A program made the position numbers and the translations under genes. DNA of 64,000 bases from Minisyncoccota bacterium (lineage in GTDB: Bacteria > Patescibacteriota > Minisyncoccia > Minisyncoccales > JAGOPM01), in NCBI GenBank assembly GCA_041651395.1, contig JBAZJI010000001.1, forward strand, positions 891,920 to 955,919, read 5' to 3'. Under the pieces are notes generated by a model that did no database searches, had not been told where the DNA came from, and was given only the letters and a program-made list of their open reading frames with translations. Shown in pieces: positions 16,407 through 24,505 of the stretch (within the stretch, counting starts at the first letter, position 1; every line of letters begins with the position of its first letter).

Positions 16407-17894
16407 ATGAAAAAATCTCTTCTTTTATATTTAACGCTCTTGGCGGGATTATGGGGTAGCACCGCTTTAGCTCAAACCGTCCGAACTTCCGGGCAAATTA
16501 ATTATCCAAAAACTTTTAATGGGCTAACAATTTTCCAAGGCAACCGCGCCCCACTGCTGCCCGATTATATCCAGTATATCTTTACCCTGATTATTATGGC
16601 CGCCGGATTAATCATTCTTTGGGTGATAATTTCTTCGGGATTCGAATGGTATATTTCCGCGGGTAATGCCGGAAAGGTCAAAGAATCAAAAGATCGGATT
16701 TTTGCCGCCTTTGTCGGAGTTATTATTTTATTTTTAGCCTATTTAATCTTGCAAACCATTAATCCGGCTTTAACAACCATGAATTTAACGACTTATTCTA
16801 CCGGGATAAGTATCGAAAATTCTATGCAGGATAAAATAATGGCTCCCTATTATGTAGCCGATTTAACCACCCTTGATCCGCCGGGCAATACTATTAAAAT
16901 CCCTCAAGAACGAATCACTTCAACTAAAATTTACTTTTTTACCGGGCGCAACTTTTCGGGAGAACCAACGGAAGCCGCTTATAATTGGTCATGCCCAGCA
17001 CCTAAAGCCGGCGGCGAAGACCAGAGGGCGGTAGAATGCAGCATGCCACTCCCTGAAATATATAATAAAGGCTCTTTAATTACTTACGAATTAAAGCCCG
17101 GGGTTTATATTTATAAAAGAGTAGGGCAATCGCAAATAAACCAACCATCTAAAGCTGTTATACCTTTTTATATCTCCGGCGATATCGCCAATATCGAATA
17201 TATGAATGATTACAGCAATATTCCGGGGAAAATAATCGGTTTTAGAATTTATAATGGCGCTGACCCCAGGCGCCGAATCGGGATAGTGGCTTGGGAAGGA
17301 AAAAACTATGAGGGCAAAGGTGTTGTTTTCGCCCCGCCCTATCACCAAGGCTGGTCGCCGCAGGGAACCGAAGATAATCCTTCTGGTATTGCCACATTTC
17401 CTTGGGCTGATAGTGAGGGTAAACAATTAGATATCAAATCAATTAAAGTTTTAGAAGTAGGCAACCGCCAACCTGCCGATGTAGAAGTTTATTCAGAAGG
17501 AGAATATTTCCCGGACAGCCTTTGCGAATTAATCGACAAATCCAGTGAGAATGAGACCGCGATGAAACAGCAATATCTGGAAATCAACTGCTCTCCGACC
17601 AGCAACAACTTTCCTAAATCAGTTAGGGTGCGTAACGGTATTGCGGTCATGATCTCCCAGTTTTATAACGGCCAAGACATGTCGCTTGTTTATGGCGGCA
17701 ATCCTCATATAGCCGATAAATATTATTTGGGCTTTATTAAAGGAGAAGTTTTTAAGGGCAATGACCCCAACCTAAACGATAACAGGGAGATAGGGGAGTG
17801 CGTCTGCTCCAACCGTAATTGGTGGACCTTGGGAATCGCATGCGCCATCTGGCAATCTTGTGGCACACATCTTATGACCTTTCCAATTCTTTAA
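16407..17894 (+). CDS. Second T4SS-pilin-like fusion protein: signal peptide + TM hairpin paralogous to 13583-15517 + ~370-aa C-terminal domain with beta/gamma-crystallin-like Greek-key signatures
   Basis: ATG at 16407 gives MKKSLLLYLTLLAGLWGSTALAQ. Hairpin AAGLIILWVIISSGFEWYISAGNAGKVKESKDRIFAAFVGVIILFLAYLILQTINPAL (~16554-16773). FTGRNFSG and WEGKNYEG fit the [YFW]xxxx[YF]xG signature. Confidence 0.6.
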   Translation: MKKSLLLYLTLLAGLWGSTALAQTVRTSGQINYPKTFNGLTIFQGNRAPLLPDYIQYIFTLIIMAAGLIILWVIISSGFEWYISAGNAGKVKESKDRIFAAFVGVIILFLAYLILQTINPALTTMNLTTYSTGISIENSMQDKIMAPYYVADLTTLDPPGNTIKIPQERITSTKIYFFTGRNFSGEPTEAAYNWSCPAPKAGGEDQRAVECSMPLPEIYNKGSLITYELKPGVYIYKRVGQSQINQPSKAVIPFYISGDIANIEYMNDYSNIPGKIIGFRIYNGADPRRRIGIVAWEGKNYEGKGVVFAPPYHQGWSPQGTEDNPSGIATFPWADSEGKQLDIKSIKVLEVGNRQPADVEVYSEGEYFPDSLCELIDKSSENETAMKQQYLEINCSPTSNNFPKSVRVRNGIAVMISQFYNGQDMSLVYGGNPHIADKYYLGFIKGEVFKGNDPNLNDNREIGECVCSNRNWWTLGIACAIWQSCGTHLMTFPIL

Positions 17895-17897
17895 TCT

Positions 17898-17928
17898 AAA
17901 AATCCCCGCCTTTAAGCGGGGATTTTTT
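17898..17928. terminator. Bidirectional intrinsic terminator between the T4SS-like operon and jag
   Basis: aaaaatccccgc-ctttaa-gcggggatttttt: GC-rich stem flanked by an A run and a T run. Confidence 0.85.
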
Positions 17929-18382
17929 ATATTTTCTGAGTGGGTTTTATTACCAAGATACGCCTAGGTTCTTCTCCTTTACTTTCGCTAGCCACGCCGG
18001 CGAATTTTTTTAACTCTGTATGGATAACCTTGCGTTCATAAGCCGAAAACCCATCTACTTCCTTAGTTAAGCCACTACCCAAAACCTGTTGGGCATAATG
18101 CTTGGCCAAACCCTTCAAAAATTGCGCTTTCTGGCCCTTATAATCATTAACGTCCAAATCAATAAATATATTCTCGGTTGTGCGACGGCGCGCCACTTTA
18201 TTTAAGAGGGCCTGCAAATCCATTAAAACCTCACCATTGCGCCCTATCAAAAATTTAGAGTCGGGGCTTTGCACTTTTACAAAGGCATTTTCTTCCGGGC
18301 CGAGCTCGACATTTACCTCACCGATAAATCCCATTTTTTCCAAAAACTCCGCTACTATCACTTTTATTTCTTCTGCTTTCAT
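17927..18382 (-). CDS. jag: Jag/KhpB-type RNA-binding protein (KH + R3H domains; lacks the Jag_N domain)
   Basis: KH-like N-terminus (IVAEFLEKMGF..V) and R3H-like ERKVIHTELKKFAGV. Conserved position downstream of yidC. Confidence 0.8.
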   Translation of the reverse strand: MKAEEIKVIVAEFLEKMGFIGEVNVELGPEENAFVKVQSPDSKFLIGRNGEVLMDLQALLNKVARRRTTENIFIDLDVNDYKGQKAQFLKGLAKHYAQQVLGSGLTKEVDGFSAYERKVIHTELKKFAGVASESKGEEPRRILVIKPTQKI

Positions 18383-18386
18383 AAAT

Positions 18387-19106
18387 TTACGACTTACTTA
18401 ATATTGTTTTTTGCACAATTAATGAAGCGATGATGGAAACGAGAAAATACAAACTCAGGGCAGAGGGGAGGCGGACTAAGATCAAGACAAAGGAAGCCAT
18501 GAAAAATATATTCATATTTTTCATCATTCTTTCCTCAGGGTTTTTAGCTTTTTTGAAAACATTAACTCCAGAAACCAAGCTCATTTGAATAATTTGCAGA
18601 ATAACCACCCCAAAAGCTAAATATAAGTTTGTTTTACTCAAATCTAAAATGCTGAGAAAATTGTAATTGATAGCGGCGGGTAATGCAATCCCTGGGTATA
18701 AAAAGGGAGTTTGGGCCCATTTCCCAGTCGCGAAATGTTGAGCAAATAGATTAAACATTTGGAATATTGCCCATAAAAACGGCAACTGAATAAATAGCCC
18801 CGAGATACTGGCAAAGGGGTTTAATTTCTCTTGTTGGTATAAATCCATCAAAGCTTTGGCCTGAACCTCCTTATCATCTTTGAACTTTTTTTGTATCTCT
18901 TCTACTTTGGGCTGAATATCCTTCATTTTTTTCTGCTGCTTCTGAGCGCCGGTTTCAAATGGCAATAAAATAGCCTTAACAATTAAAGTAATTAAAATCA
19001 CTACAATACCAAAATCCTTAATCGGCAAACTGTTATATATCCAAAGAGATAAATTAAACAGCGGATAGAATAAAATTGTATTGTAGGCTTCGATAAAGAA
19101 ATTCAT
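18387..19106 (-). CDS. yidC: Membrane protein insertase YidC (short form)
   Basis: ILLPFETGAQKQQKKMKDIQPKVEEIQKKFKDDKEVQAKALMDLYQQEKLNPF, multiple TM segments, and rnpA-yidC-jag synteny. Confidence 0.9.
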   Translation of the reverse strand: MNFFIEAYNTILFYPLFNLSLWIYNSLPIKDFGIVVILITLIVKAILLPFETGAQKQQKKMKDIQPKVEEIQKKFKDDKEVQAKALMDLYQQEKLNPFASISGLFIQLPFLWAIFQMFNLFAQHFATGKWAQTPFLYPGIALPAAINYNFLSILDLSKTNLYLAFGVVILQIIQMSLVSGVNVFKKAKNPEERMMKNMNIFFMASFVLILVRLPSALSLYFLVSIIASLIVQKTILSKS

Positions 19107-19453
19107 TTGAGTGTTTTGATTCTAGCAAAGCAGGATTGTAAATCAATATTCAATTGTTGATAGGTCGCCTGAGCGCAAGTGGGAAGGGCAATCACTAAAA
19201 TGTCTTTATGGTCAGTGAAAGTCTTGGCTTGCTTTCGGGCAATATCCCTTAAAATCCTTTTTACTTTATTTCGGATTACCGCTTTTTTAGAAACCTTCAA
19301 GGAAGTGATAAAACCAAACCTGCTGTTAGGCAGGTTATTGGTTACGATTTTAATAATAAGATATTTTCCTTTTATAGCTATTCCGGATTTAAGCACTCTA
19401 CCGATATCATTATTGCGCTTTAATCGCAATGATCTTGGGAACATAGTTATCAA
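19103..19453 (-). CDS. rnpA: Ribonuclease P protein component
   Basis: [16 protein letters not shown]... and [10 protein letters not shown], basic, ~115 aa, directly downstream of rpmH. The track start (19453) is TTG overlapping the rpmH stop. An ATG at 19444 (MFPRSLRL) is the alternative start. Confidence 0.88.
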   Translation of the reverse strand: MITMFPRSLRLKRNNDIGRVLKSGIAIKGKYLIIKIVTNNLPNSRFGFITSLKVSKKAVIRNKVKRILRDIARKQAKTFTDHKDILVIALPTCAQATYQQLNIDLQSCFARIKTLK

Positions 19454-19584
19454 ACGGCTAAGCGTTTGCGGCCACGGCTCCGGCGGGCATTGATGAGCTT
19501 TTTACCTCCCTTAGTCTTCATTCTTTTAAGAAAACCATGGGTTCTGGCTCTTTTTTTCTTTTTTGGTTGGTATGTAAACGACAT
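19450..19584 (-). CDS. rpmH: 50S ribosomal protein L34 (not in the supplied ORF track; 44 aa)
   Basis: Manual minus-strand translation gives [47 protein letters not shown]. This is the canonical L34 sequence and the canonical position upstream of rnpA. Confidence 0.95.
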   Translation of the reverse strand: MSFTYQPKKKKRARTHGFLKRMKTKGGKKLINARRSRGRKRLAV

Positions 19585-19600
19585 ATTTTTTACTAAACGC

Positions 19601-19643
19601 ATAGTAACAAAATTTGACTCTTTAGTCAAACTATTTTTATATT
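19601..19643. promoter_or_regulatory. Back-to-back divergent promoters sharing a palindromic -35 (TTTGACT-cttt-AGTCAAA)
   Basis: Minus strand: TTGACT (19629-19624)-17-TACTAT (19606-19601), 10 nt upstream of the rpmH ATG. Plus strand: TTGACT (19614-19619)-18-TATATT (19638-19643), a distal dnaA promoter. Confidence 0.45.
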
Positions 19644-19663
19644 ACCAACATCCTATTAACAGC

Positions 19664-19695
19664 TTTTCCACAGGATGTTAACTTTCTGTGGAAAA
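19664..19695. promoter_or_regulatory. Inverted pair of DnaA-box-like sites upstream of dnaA
   Basis: TTTTCCACAG (19664-19673) and CTGTGGAAAA (19686-19695) form a perfect 10-bp inverted repeat. Each carries a 1-mismatch DnaA box (TTWTNCACA type). Confidence 0.55.
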
Positions 19696-19716
19696 ATGTT
19701 CTGATATTTGATTTCA

Positions 19717-19744
19717 TTGACATTATTCAAGGCGCGAATAAAAT
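19717..19744 (+). promoter_or_regulatory. Proximal dnaA promoter (TTGACA-16-TAAAAT)
   Basis: TTGACA at 19717-19722 and TAAAAT at 19739-19744. The ATG is at 19773. Confidence 0.45.
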
Positions 19745-19772
19745 AAGAACAAGAATTGAACAACATAACAAC

Positions 19773-21125
19773 ATGACTAATGAAGAACTTTGGCAAGCTG
19801 TCCTTGCTCAAATACAATTAGCCATCACTCAGGCGCAATTTGCGACTTGGTTTACTAAGACATCGATATTTACCAGAACAGAAAAAGGGGTAATAGTTTC
19901 TATTCCAAACAGCTTCTCAAAGGAATGGATCCAGAATAAATACCATAAACAAATACTTAAGATCTTAAACTCCCTTGATAACTCTATTAAAGATATTGAA
20001 TATCAGGTTAATCCTATCCAGCAACCTAAACCAAAAGAGGAGGATAATTATTTAATACCTACTTCTACCGCACCGCTCTTTGACCAGATTAATGCCGATA
20101 AAGAGACAAACTTAAATCCTAAATATAAATTTGAAAATTTCGTTGTCGGTGCTTTTAATGAGCTTACCTTTGCTGCCGCTCAAGCAATTTGTAAAAATCC
20201 GGGCACAGTTTACAACCCCTTCTTTATTTATGGGGGAACAGGTCTTGGTAAAACCCACCTCCTCCAGGCGATTGGCAATCAGGTTGCTAAAGATTTTCCG
20301 TTAAAAAAGATTAAATATATTCCTTCTGAAACTTTGACTAGTGATATTATTAATTCCATCCATAATCAGACGATAGAAGAGTTAAAGGCTAATTATAAGA
20401 AGGTTGATATTTTAATTGTAGATGATATCCAATTTTTATCTGGAAAGGAAAAAACTCAAGAGGAGTTTTTTAATGTTTTTAATGCTTTATACGAAAAAAA
20501 TAAACAGATAATTCTTTCCTCGGATCGGCCACCTAAAGCTATTGCCGCCCTTGAAGATAGGCTCCGCTCCCGCTTTGAAGGGGGGATGATTGCTGATATT
20601 GCTATCCCAGACTTCGAGACCCGAATCGCTATTTTAATGGAGAAAGCTAATGAAAAGGGGGTGGATTTACCTAAAGATGTTTATGAATATATTGCCACAA
20701 ACATTCAGCGTAATGTGCGCGAATTAGAGGGAGCGCTTAATAAAATAATCGCTAATTATAAACTGACAGGGCAGCAGATTGATCTGGAGGGGGCAAAGAA
20801 AATACTAAAAACCATTATCTCTCCAACCTTAAAACAAAAAAATCCTGAGAGGATAGTGCAAGTTGTGGCCGAATTTTATAACTTAAAAGAAAAAGATATT
20901 TATAGCGAATCAAGGAAAAAGGAAATTGTCCGGCCGCGCCAAATCGCAATGTATTTATTGAGGTTGGAATTAAAAAAATCCTTCCCGGAGATAAGTCGTT
21001 TTTTAGGTGGTAAAGACCATACAACTGCTATTTATGCTTGTAAAAAGGTTGAATCTGCTATTAAAGACGTTGATGGTTTTTCTGATGAAATAGACACGAT
21101 AAAACAGATGATCTATTCTTGTTGA
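19773..21125 (+). CDS. dnaA: Chromosomal replication initiator protein DnaA
   Basis: Walker A FIYGGTGLGKTHLLQAIG, LIVDDIQFLSGKEKTQEEFF, the RSRFEGG sensor, and C-terminal DNA-binding motifs RPRQIAMYL...GGKDHTTAIYACKK. Confidence 0.97.
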   Translation: MTNEELWQAVLAQIQLAITQAQFATWFTKTSIFTRTEKGVIVSIPNSFSKEWIQNKYHKQILKILNSLDNSIKDIEYQVNPIQQPKPKEEDNYLIPTSTAPLFDQINADKETNLNPKYKFENFVVGAFNELTFAAAQAICKNPGTVYNPFFIYGGTGLGKTHLLQAIGNQVAKDFPLKKIKYIPSETLTSDIINSIHNQTIEELKANYKKVDILIVDDIQFLSGKEKTQEEFFNVFNALYEKNKQIILSSDRPPKAIAALEDRLRSRFEGGMIADIAIPDFETRIAILMEKANEKGVDLPKDVYEYIATNIQRNVRELEGALNKIIANYKLTGQQIDLEGAKKILKTIISPTLKQKNPERIVQVVAEFYNLKEKDIYSESRKKEIVRPRQIAMYLLRLELKKSFPEISRFLGGKDHTTAIYACKKVESAIKDVDGFSDEIDTIKQMIYSC

Positions 21126-21388
21126 TTGTTAATAAGTTTGTGGATTTTTTGTTGGGATATTATTAATTTCTTTGTTGATATTATGGTATTAAAAATGGAA
21201 GAATTGTGGATATAAAAACAAAAAGATTAATTATTGAGATTTCACTTGTATAATTACGAATAGGCACAGATTTGTTCAGATATTTATCCACAATAAAAAC
21301 CATTGATTTGAAAGAGAATAATTCCAAATTCGCTAATTATCCACACATATAACAACAACAATAATTTTATTAATTATATTACTCGCTT
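21126..21388. promoter_or_regulatory. Putative oriC (dnaA-dnaN intergenic, AT-rich, DnaA-box cluster)
   Basis: Perfect TTATCCACA boxes at 21284-21292 and 21337-21345. TGTGGATAT at 21205-21213 (1 mismatch, opposite orientation). TGTGGATTT at 21139-21147. Duplicated TTTGTTG(GG)ATATTAT at 21148-21163 and 21171-21184. The surrounding sequence is very AT-rich. Confidence 0.7.
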
Positions 21389-22507
21389 ATGAAAATTTTA
21401 ATTTTGAAGGAAAATCTAAAAAAAGCATTATCTGTTGTAGAAAAGATAGTTTCCAAAAACCTTACTTTACCAATCTTAAATAACATCCTCTTAAAAACAG
21501 AAAAGAATTTTTTATGTCTAGTTAGTACTAATTTGGAAATCGGGATAAAGTATTGGGTATTGGCTAAAATAAATGAAGAAGGGTCGTTAGTAGTGCCCTC
21601 AAGGCTATTTTCCGGATTTATTTCTACGATTAATAATGAAAAGGTTAATATCGACTCCAAGGGTAATTCAATCGATATAAAGAGTGATGATTATAAAGCG
21701 CAAATCAAAGGGTTTGATTCTCAAGAATTTCCTTTAATACCGGAAATTGATAATCAAGATACGATTGAAATCAATGCGAAGGAATTTTGCGAGGCTTTGG
21801 CGCAGATTATAAATTTTTGTTCAATAAACCAGTCTCGCCCAGAGATTTCCGGTGTTTATCTGAATTTTCAAAAAGAGAAATTAAGCTTGGTCGCAACTGA
21901 TAGTTTCCGTTTGGCGGAAAAAAATATATTTATTAAGGAAGGGTTCAAAAAAGATCATTCTTTTATAATTCCCCAAAAAACCGCCCAAGAGATAATAAAT
22001 ATATTTGCAGGGGAGGAGAGTGTAAAGATATATTTTAATACCAATCAAATTTTATTGGAATCTTATTATAGAGAAGTTAATCATCCGAAGGTCCAATTAA
22101 CCTCTACCCTTATTCAGGGTGATTTCCCGAATTATAAAGACATTATTCCTAAACAAAACGAAACAAAAGTGATAGTGGTAACTGACGATTTTGCAAACAA
22201 ATTAAAAATTGCCAGTTTATTTTCCAATAAAACTAATGAGATTAGGGTTGATATTAATTGTGATGGTGGGATAGATATCTCTTCACAAAATACCGATATT
22301 GGTGAAAATCAATCACATATTCAAGCTCAGGTTGAAGGTAAAGAACAATCGATTTGCTTTAATTATAAATATTTAACTGATGGTGTTTTAAGCCCTCAAT
22401 CAAAAAGTATTATATTCGAGGTGAATGGCGATAGTGGTCCCTCAGTTATTAAATCAATAAGTGATCCTAATTACCTTTATTTGGTAATGCCAATCAAAAA
22501 TACCTAA
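21389..22507 (+). CDS. dnaN: DNA polymerase III beta sliding clamp
   Basis: 372 aa, directly after dnaA. LPILNNILLK, ATDSFRLAEK and LIQGDFPNYKDIIP are typical clamp motifs. Confidence 0.95.
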   Translation: MKILILKENLKKALSVVEKIVSKNLTLPILNNILLKTEKNFLCLVSTNLEIGIKYWVLAKINEEGSLVVPSRLFSGFISTINNEKVNIDSKGNSIDIKSDDYKAQIKGFDSQEFPLIPEIDNQDTIEINAKEFCEALAQIINFCSINQSRPEISGVYLNFQKEKLSLVATDSFRLAEKNIFIKEGFKKDHSFIIPQKTAQEIINIFAGEESVKIYFNTNQILLESYYREVNHPKVQLTSTLIQGDFPNYKDIIPKQNETKVIVVTDDFANKLKIASLFSNKTNEIRVDINCDGGIDISSQNTDIGENQSHIQAQVEGKEQSICFNYKYLTDGVLSPQSKSIIFEVNGDSGPSVIKSISDPNYLYLVMPIKNT

Positions 22508-22530
22508 GCTTAATCGAGAAAGAAATAAAA

Positions 22531-22556
22531 ATACCCACTTGAGTGGGTATTTTTTT
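22531..22556. terminator. Bidirectional intrinsic terminator between dnaN and the PBP gene
   Basis: aaaaatacccac-ttga-gtgggtattttttt. Confidence 0.8.
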
Positions 22557-24477
22557 AAGGCTTAGTAAATTCTTTATCAGGTGGGTATAAGTAGAGGCAA
22601 TACTGCATAATTTGATGGAAGGCTGGACCCGCCATCGTTTCACCAAGTTTTTTAATGGCAGCATTATTATTATTTCCTACCCAAACCCCTATAGCTGTTT
22701 TAGGGGTATAGCCAATAGTCCAACCATCCTTAAAGTCATTAGTAGTACCGGTTTTAGCCGCTACCGCGTAATTATCGAAGTAAAGATTGGATCTTGGCCC
22801 AAACATAGGCGAACGGGCGATATTATCGGAGAGGATATTATTAATCAGTCTGGCATCTTTTTCACTAAGAACGCGCTTAGGGGTAAGAGAATATTTTTTA
22901 ATTACTTCTCCACTGGTATTTTCTACCCTCAGTATAGGGTGGGGGTCAACCCTCATTCCTTCAGTGGCAAATACCCCAAAGGCCGAAGTAATTTCTAGGG
23001 GCTTAACTTCCCAGCCTCCAAGCACAATTGATGGCCCATAAGGTGGTTTAAGCGTGTTTATACCCATATCTTGAGCGGTTTTGACCGAATCTTGAAGCCC
23101 GGCTAAATACATTAAGGTTTTAACTGCGGGAATATTTAATGACATAGCTAAAGCTGAGCGGATAGTAACCGCCCCTCTAAATAAACCATCATAATTGGTT
23201 GGGGTATAATCCTTGCCGCCCCAATTCCCAAAATTAGTCGGTTCGTCCACAACTATTGTTTTATCATTATAGCCTTTCTTAAAAGCTGTGACATAAATGA
23301 AAGGCTTAAAAGTTGAACCAGGTTGCCGCCCATTGCCATAAACAGTCATATTTACTTGCGGGTCAAATAAACAATTACTAGTGCAATCTTGAGGTGCTGT
23401 TTGGCCCCAATAATCCTTAGAGCCAACCATAGAAAGTATTTCCCCGGTATTTGGGTCAACTACAACCGCGGCTGCATTATAGGCATTAAATTTTTCATTA
23501 TAAGTTCCTTTTTCTTTAATAATTCTTTCAACCTCCTTTTGTAAATCCCAATTCAGGGTAGTATAAACTTTTAAGCCGTTTTCATTGATAAAATCTTCAC
23601 CATATTCATTAATAAGTAATTGTTTGACATATAAAGAGAAGTGGGGAGCTAAAATACTGTCTTTATTTTTAACAAAACCAACAGGCTCTTTTATATATTT
23701 TTCATATTCCTCCCTGGAGATAAATTTCTCATCTAACATTCTCTTTAACACGTAATCATTCTTCCGCTTCATTAATTCATCAACATGAGAGCCAAAAGGG
23801 CTGAAGTATGAAGGCCGTTGTATTAAGGCGGCTAATAAAGCGCTTTCATTAATAGAGAGATCTTTAGCGGGTTTTCCAAAATAAACTTTGGCTGCCTGTT
23901 GAACGCCATAAATATTGCCGGAGTAGGGGACCCTATTAAGATACCATTCAAATATCTGATCTTTAGAATAGCGCCGCTCTAATTGTAAGGAAAGGGTGAT
24001 TTCTTTAATTTTCCTTCCGATGCTTTTTTCAGTCGATAAAAAAGTAGTTCTGATTAATTGTTGGGTTAAAGTTGAGCCACCACCACATTGGCCAAAACAA
24101 ACTACCACTCTCACTAAACCATTAATATCTACCCCAGGGTGTTCATAAAAATGAGAATCTTCGGTAGCTAATATGGCATTTTTTAAGTGTTGAGGTACTT
24201 GGTCTAAAGTGATTAACTCCCTATCTTCTGGGCCTAATTTGTAAAGTAAAACCTTTCCAGTGCGGTCGTAAATTTCAGTACTTTGAGTGGTTTGGATTTC
24301 GTTAAAAATTTCAGGCTGCGGTAAGTCTTTCGTAAAGTAAATCATCAATAAAACAACCCCAATTAAACCAATTAGAATCAAAATTGCTGCCGATCGTAAA
24401 ATTAGCCAAATATTTTCAACAATCCACGACCATAAACGTTTAATTCCGATATATTTAGTCATTTTGACAAGTTTCAA
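22555..24477 (-). CDS. Class A penicillin-binding protein (GT51 transglycosylase + transpeptidase), PBP1A-type
   Basis: N-terminal TM anchor. GT51 motifs ATEDSHFYEHPGVD and GGSTLTQQL. Transpeptidase motifs STFKPF (SxxK) and KTGTT. Confidence 0.92.
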   Translation of the reverse strand: MKLVKMTKYIGIKRLWSWIVENIWLILRSAAILILIGLIGVVLLMIYFTKDLPQPEIFNEIQTTQSTEIYDRTGKVLLYKLGPEDRELITLDQVPQHLKNAILATEDSHFYEHPGVDINGLVRVVVCFGQCGGGSTLTQQLIRTTFLSTEKSIGRKIKEITLSLQLERRYSKDQIFEWYLNRVPYSGNIYGVQQAAKVYFGKPAKDLSINESALLAALIQRPSYFSPFGSHVDELMKRKNDYVLKRMLDEKFISREEYEKYIKEPVGFVKNKDSILAPHFSLYVKQLLINEYGEDFINENGLKVYTTLNWDLQKEVERIIKEKGTYNEKFNAYNAAAVVVDPNTGEILSMVGSKDYWGQTAPQDCTSNCLFDPQVNMTVYGNGRQPGSTFKPFIYVTAFKKGYNDKTIVVDEPTNFGNWGGKDYTPTNYDGLFRGAVTIRSALAMSLNIPAVKTLMYLAGLQDSVKTAQDMGINTLKPPYGPSIVLGGWEVKPLEITSAFGVFATEGMRVDPHPILRVENTSGEVIKKYSLTPKRVLSEKDARLINNILSDNIARSPMFGPRSNLYFDNYAVAAKTGTTNDFKDGWTIGYTPKTAIGVWVGNNNNAAIKKLGETMAGPAFHQIMQYCLYLYPPDKEFTKP

Positions 24478-24490
24478 AATTTACGATTAA

Positions 24491-24499
24491 TGATATAAT
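24491..24499 (+). promoter_or_regulatory. Extended -10 (TGaTATAAT) placed for a leaderless tyrS mRNA
   Basis: TATAAT lies at 24494-24499, preceded by TGa. The A of the tyrS ATG (24506) is exactly 7 nt after the hexamer. Confidence 0.5.
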
Positions 24500-24505
24500 A
24501 AATTT

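Noticed and set aside
7796-17894. Calling the T4SS-like cluster an integrative conjugative or mobile element.
   Set aside because: The window shows no integrase, relaxase, coupling protein, tRNA target or flanking direct repeats. It is therefore reported as a chromosomal operon rather than a mobile element.
19466-19681. 71-aa plus-strand ORF in the rnpA-dnaA spacer.
   Set aside because: It is the antisense shadow of rpmH (L34). rpmH translates perfectly on the minus strand at 19450-19584 and fits the conserved rpmH-rnpA synteny.
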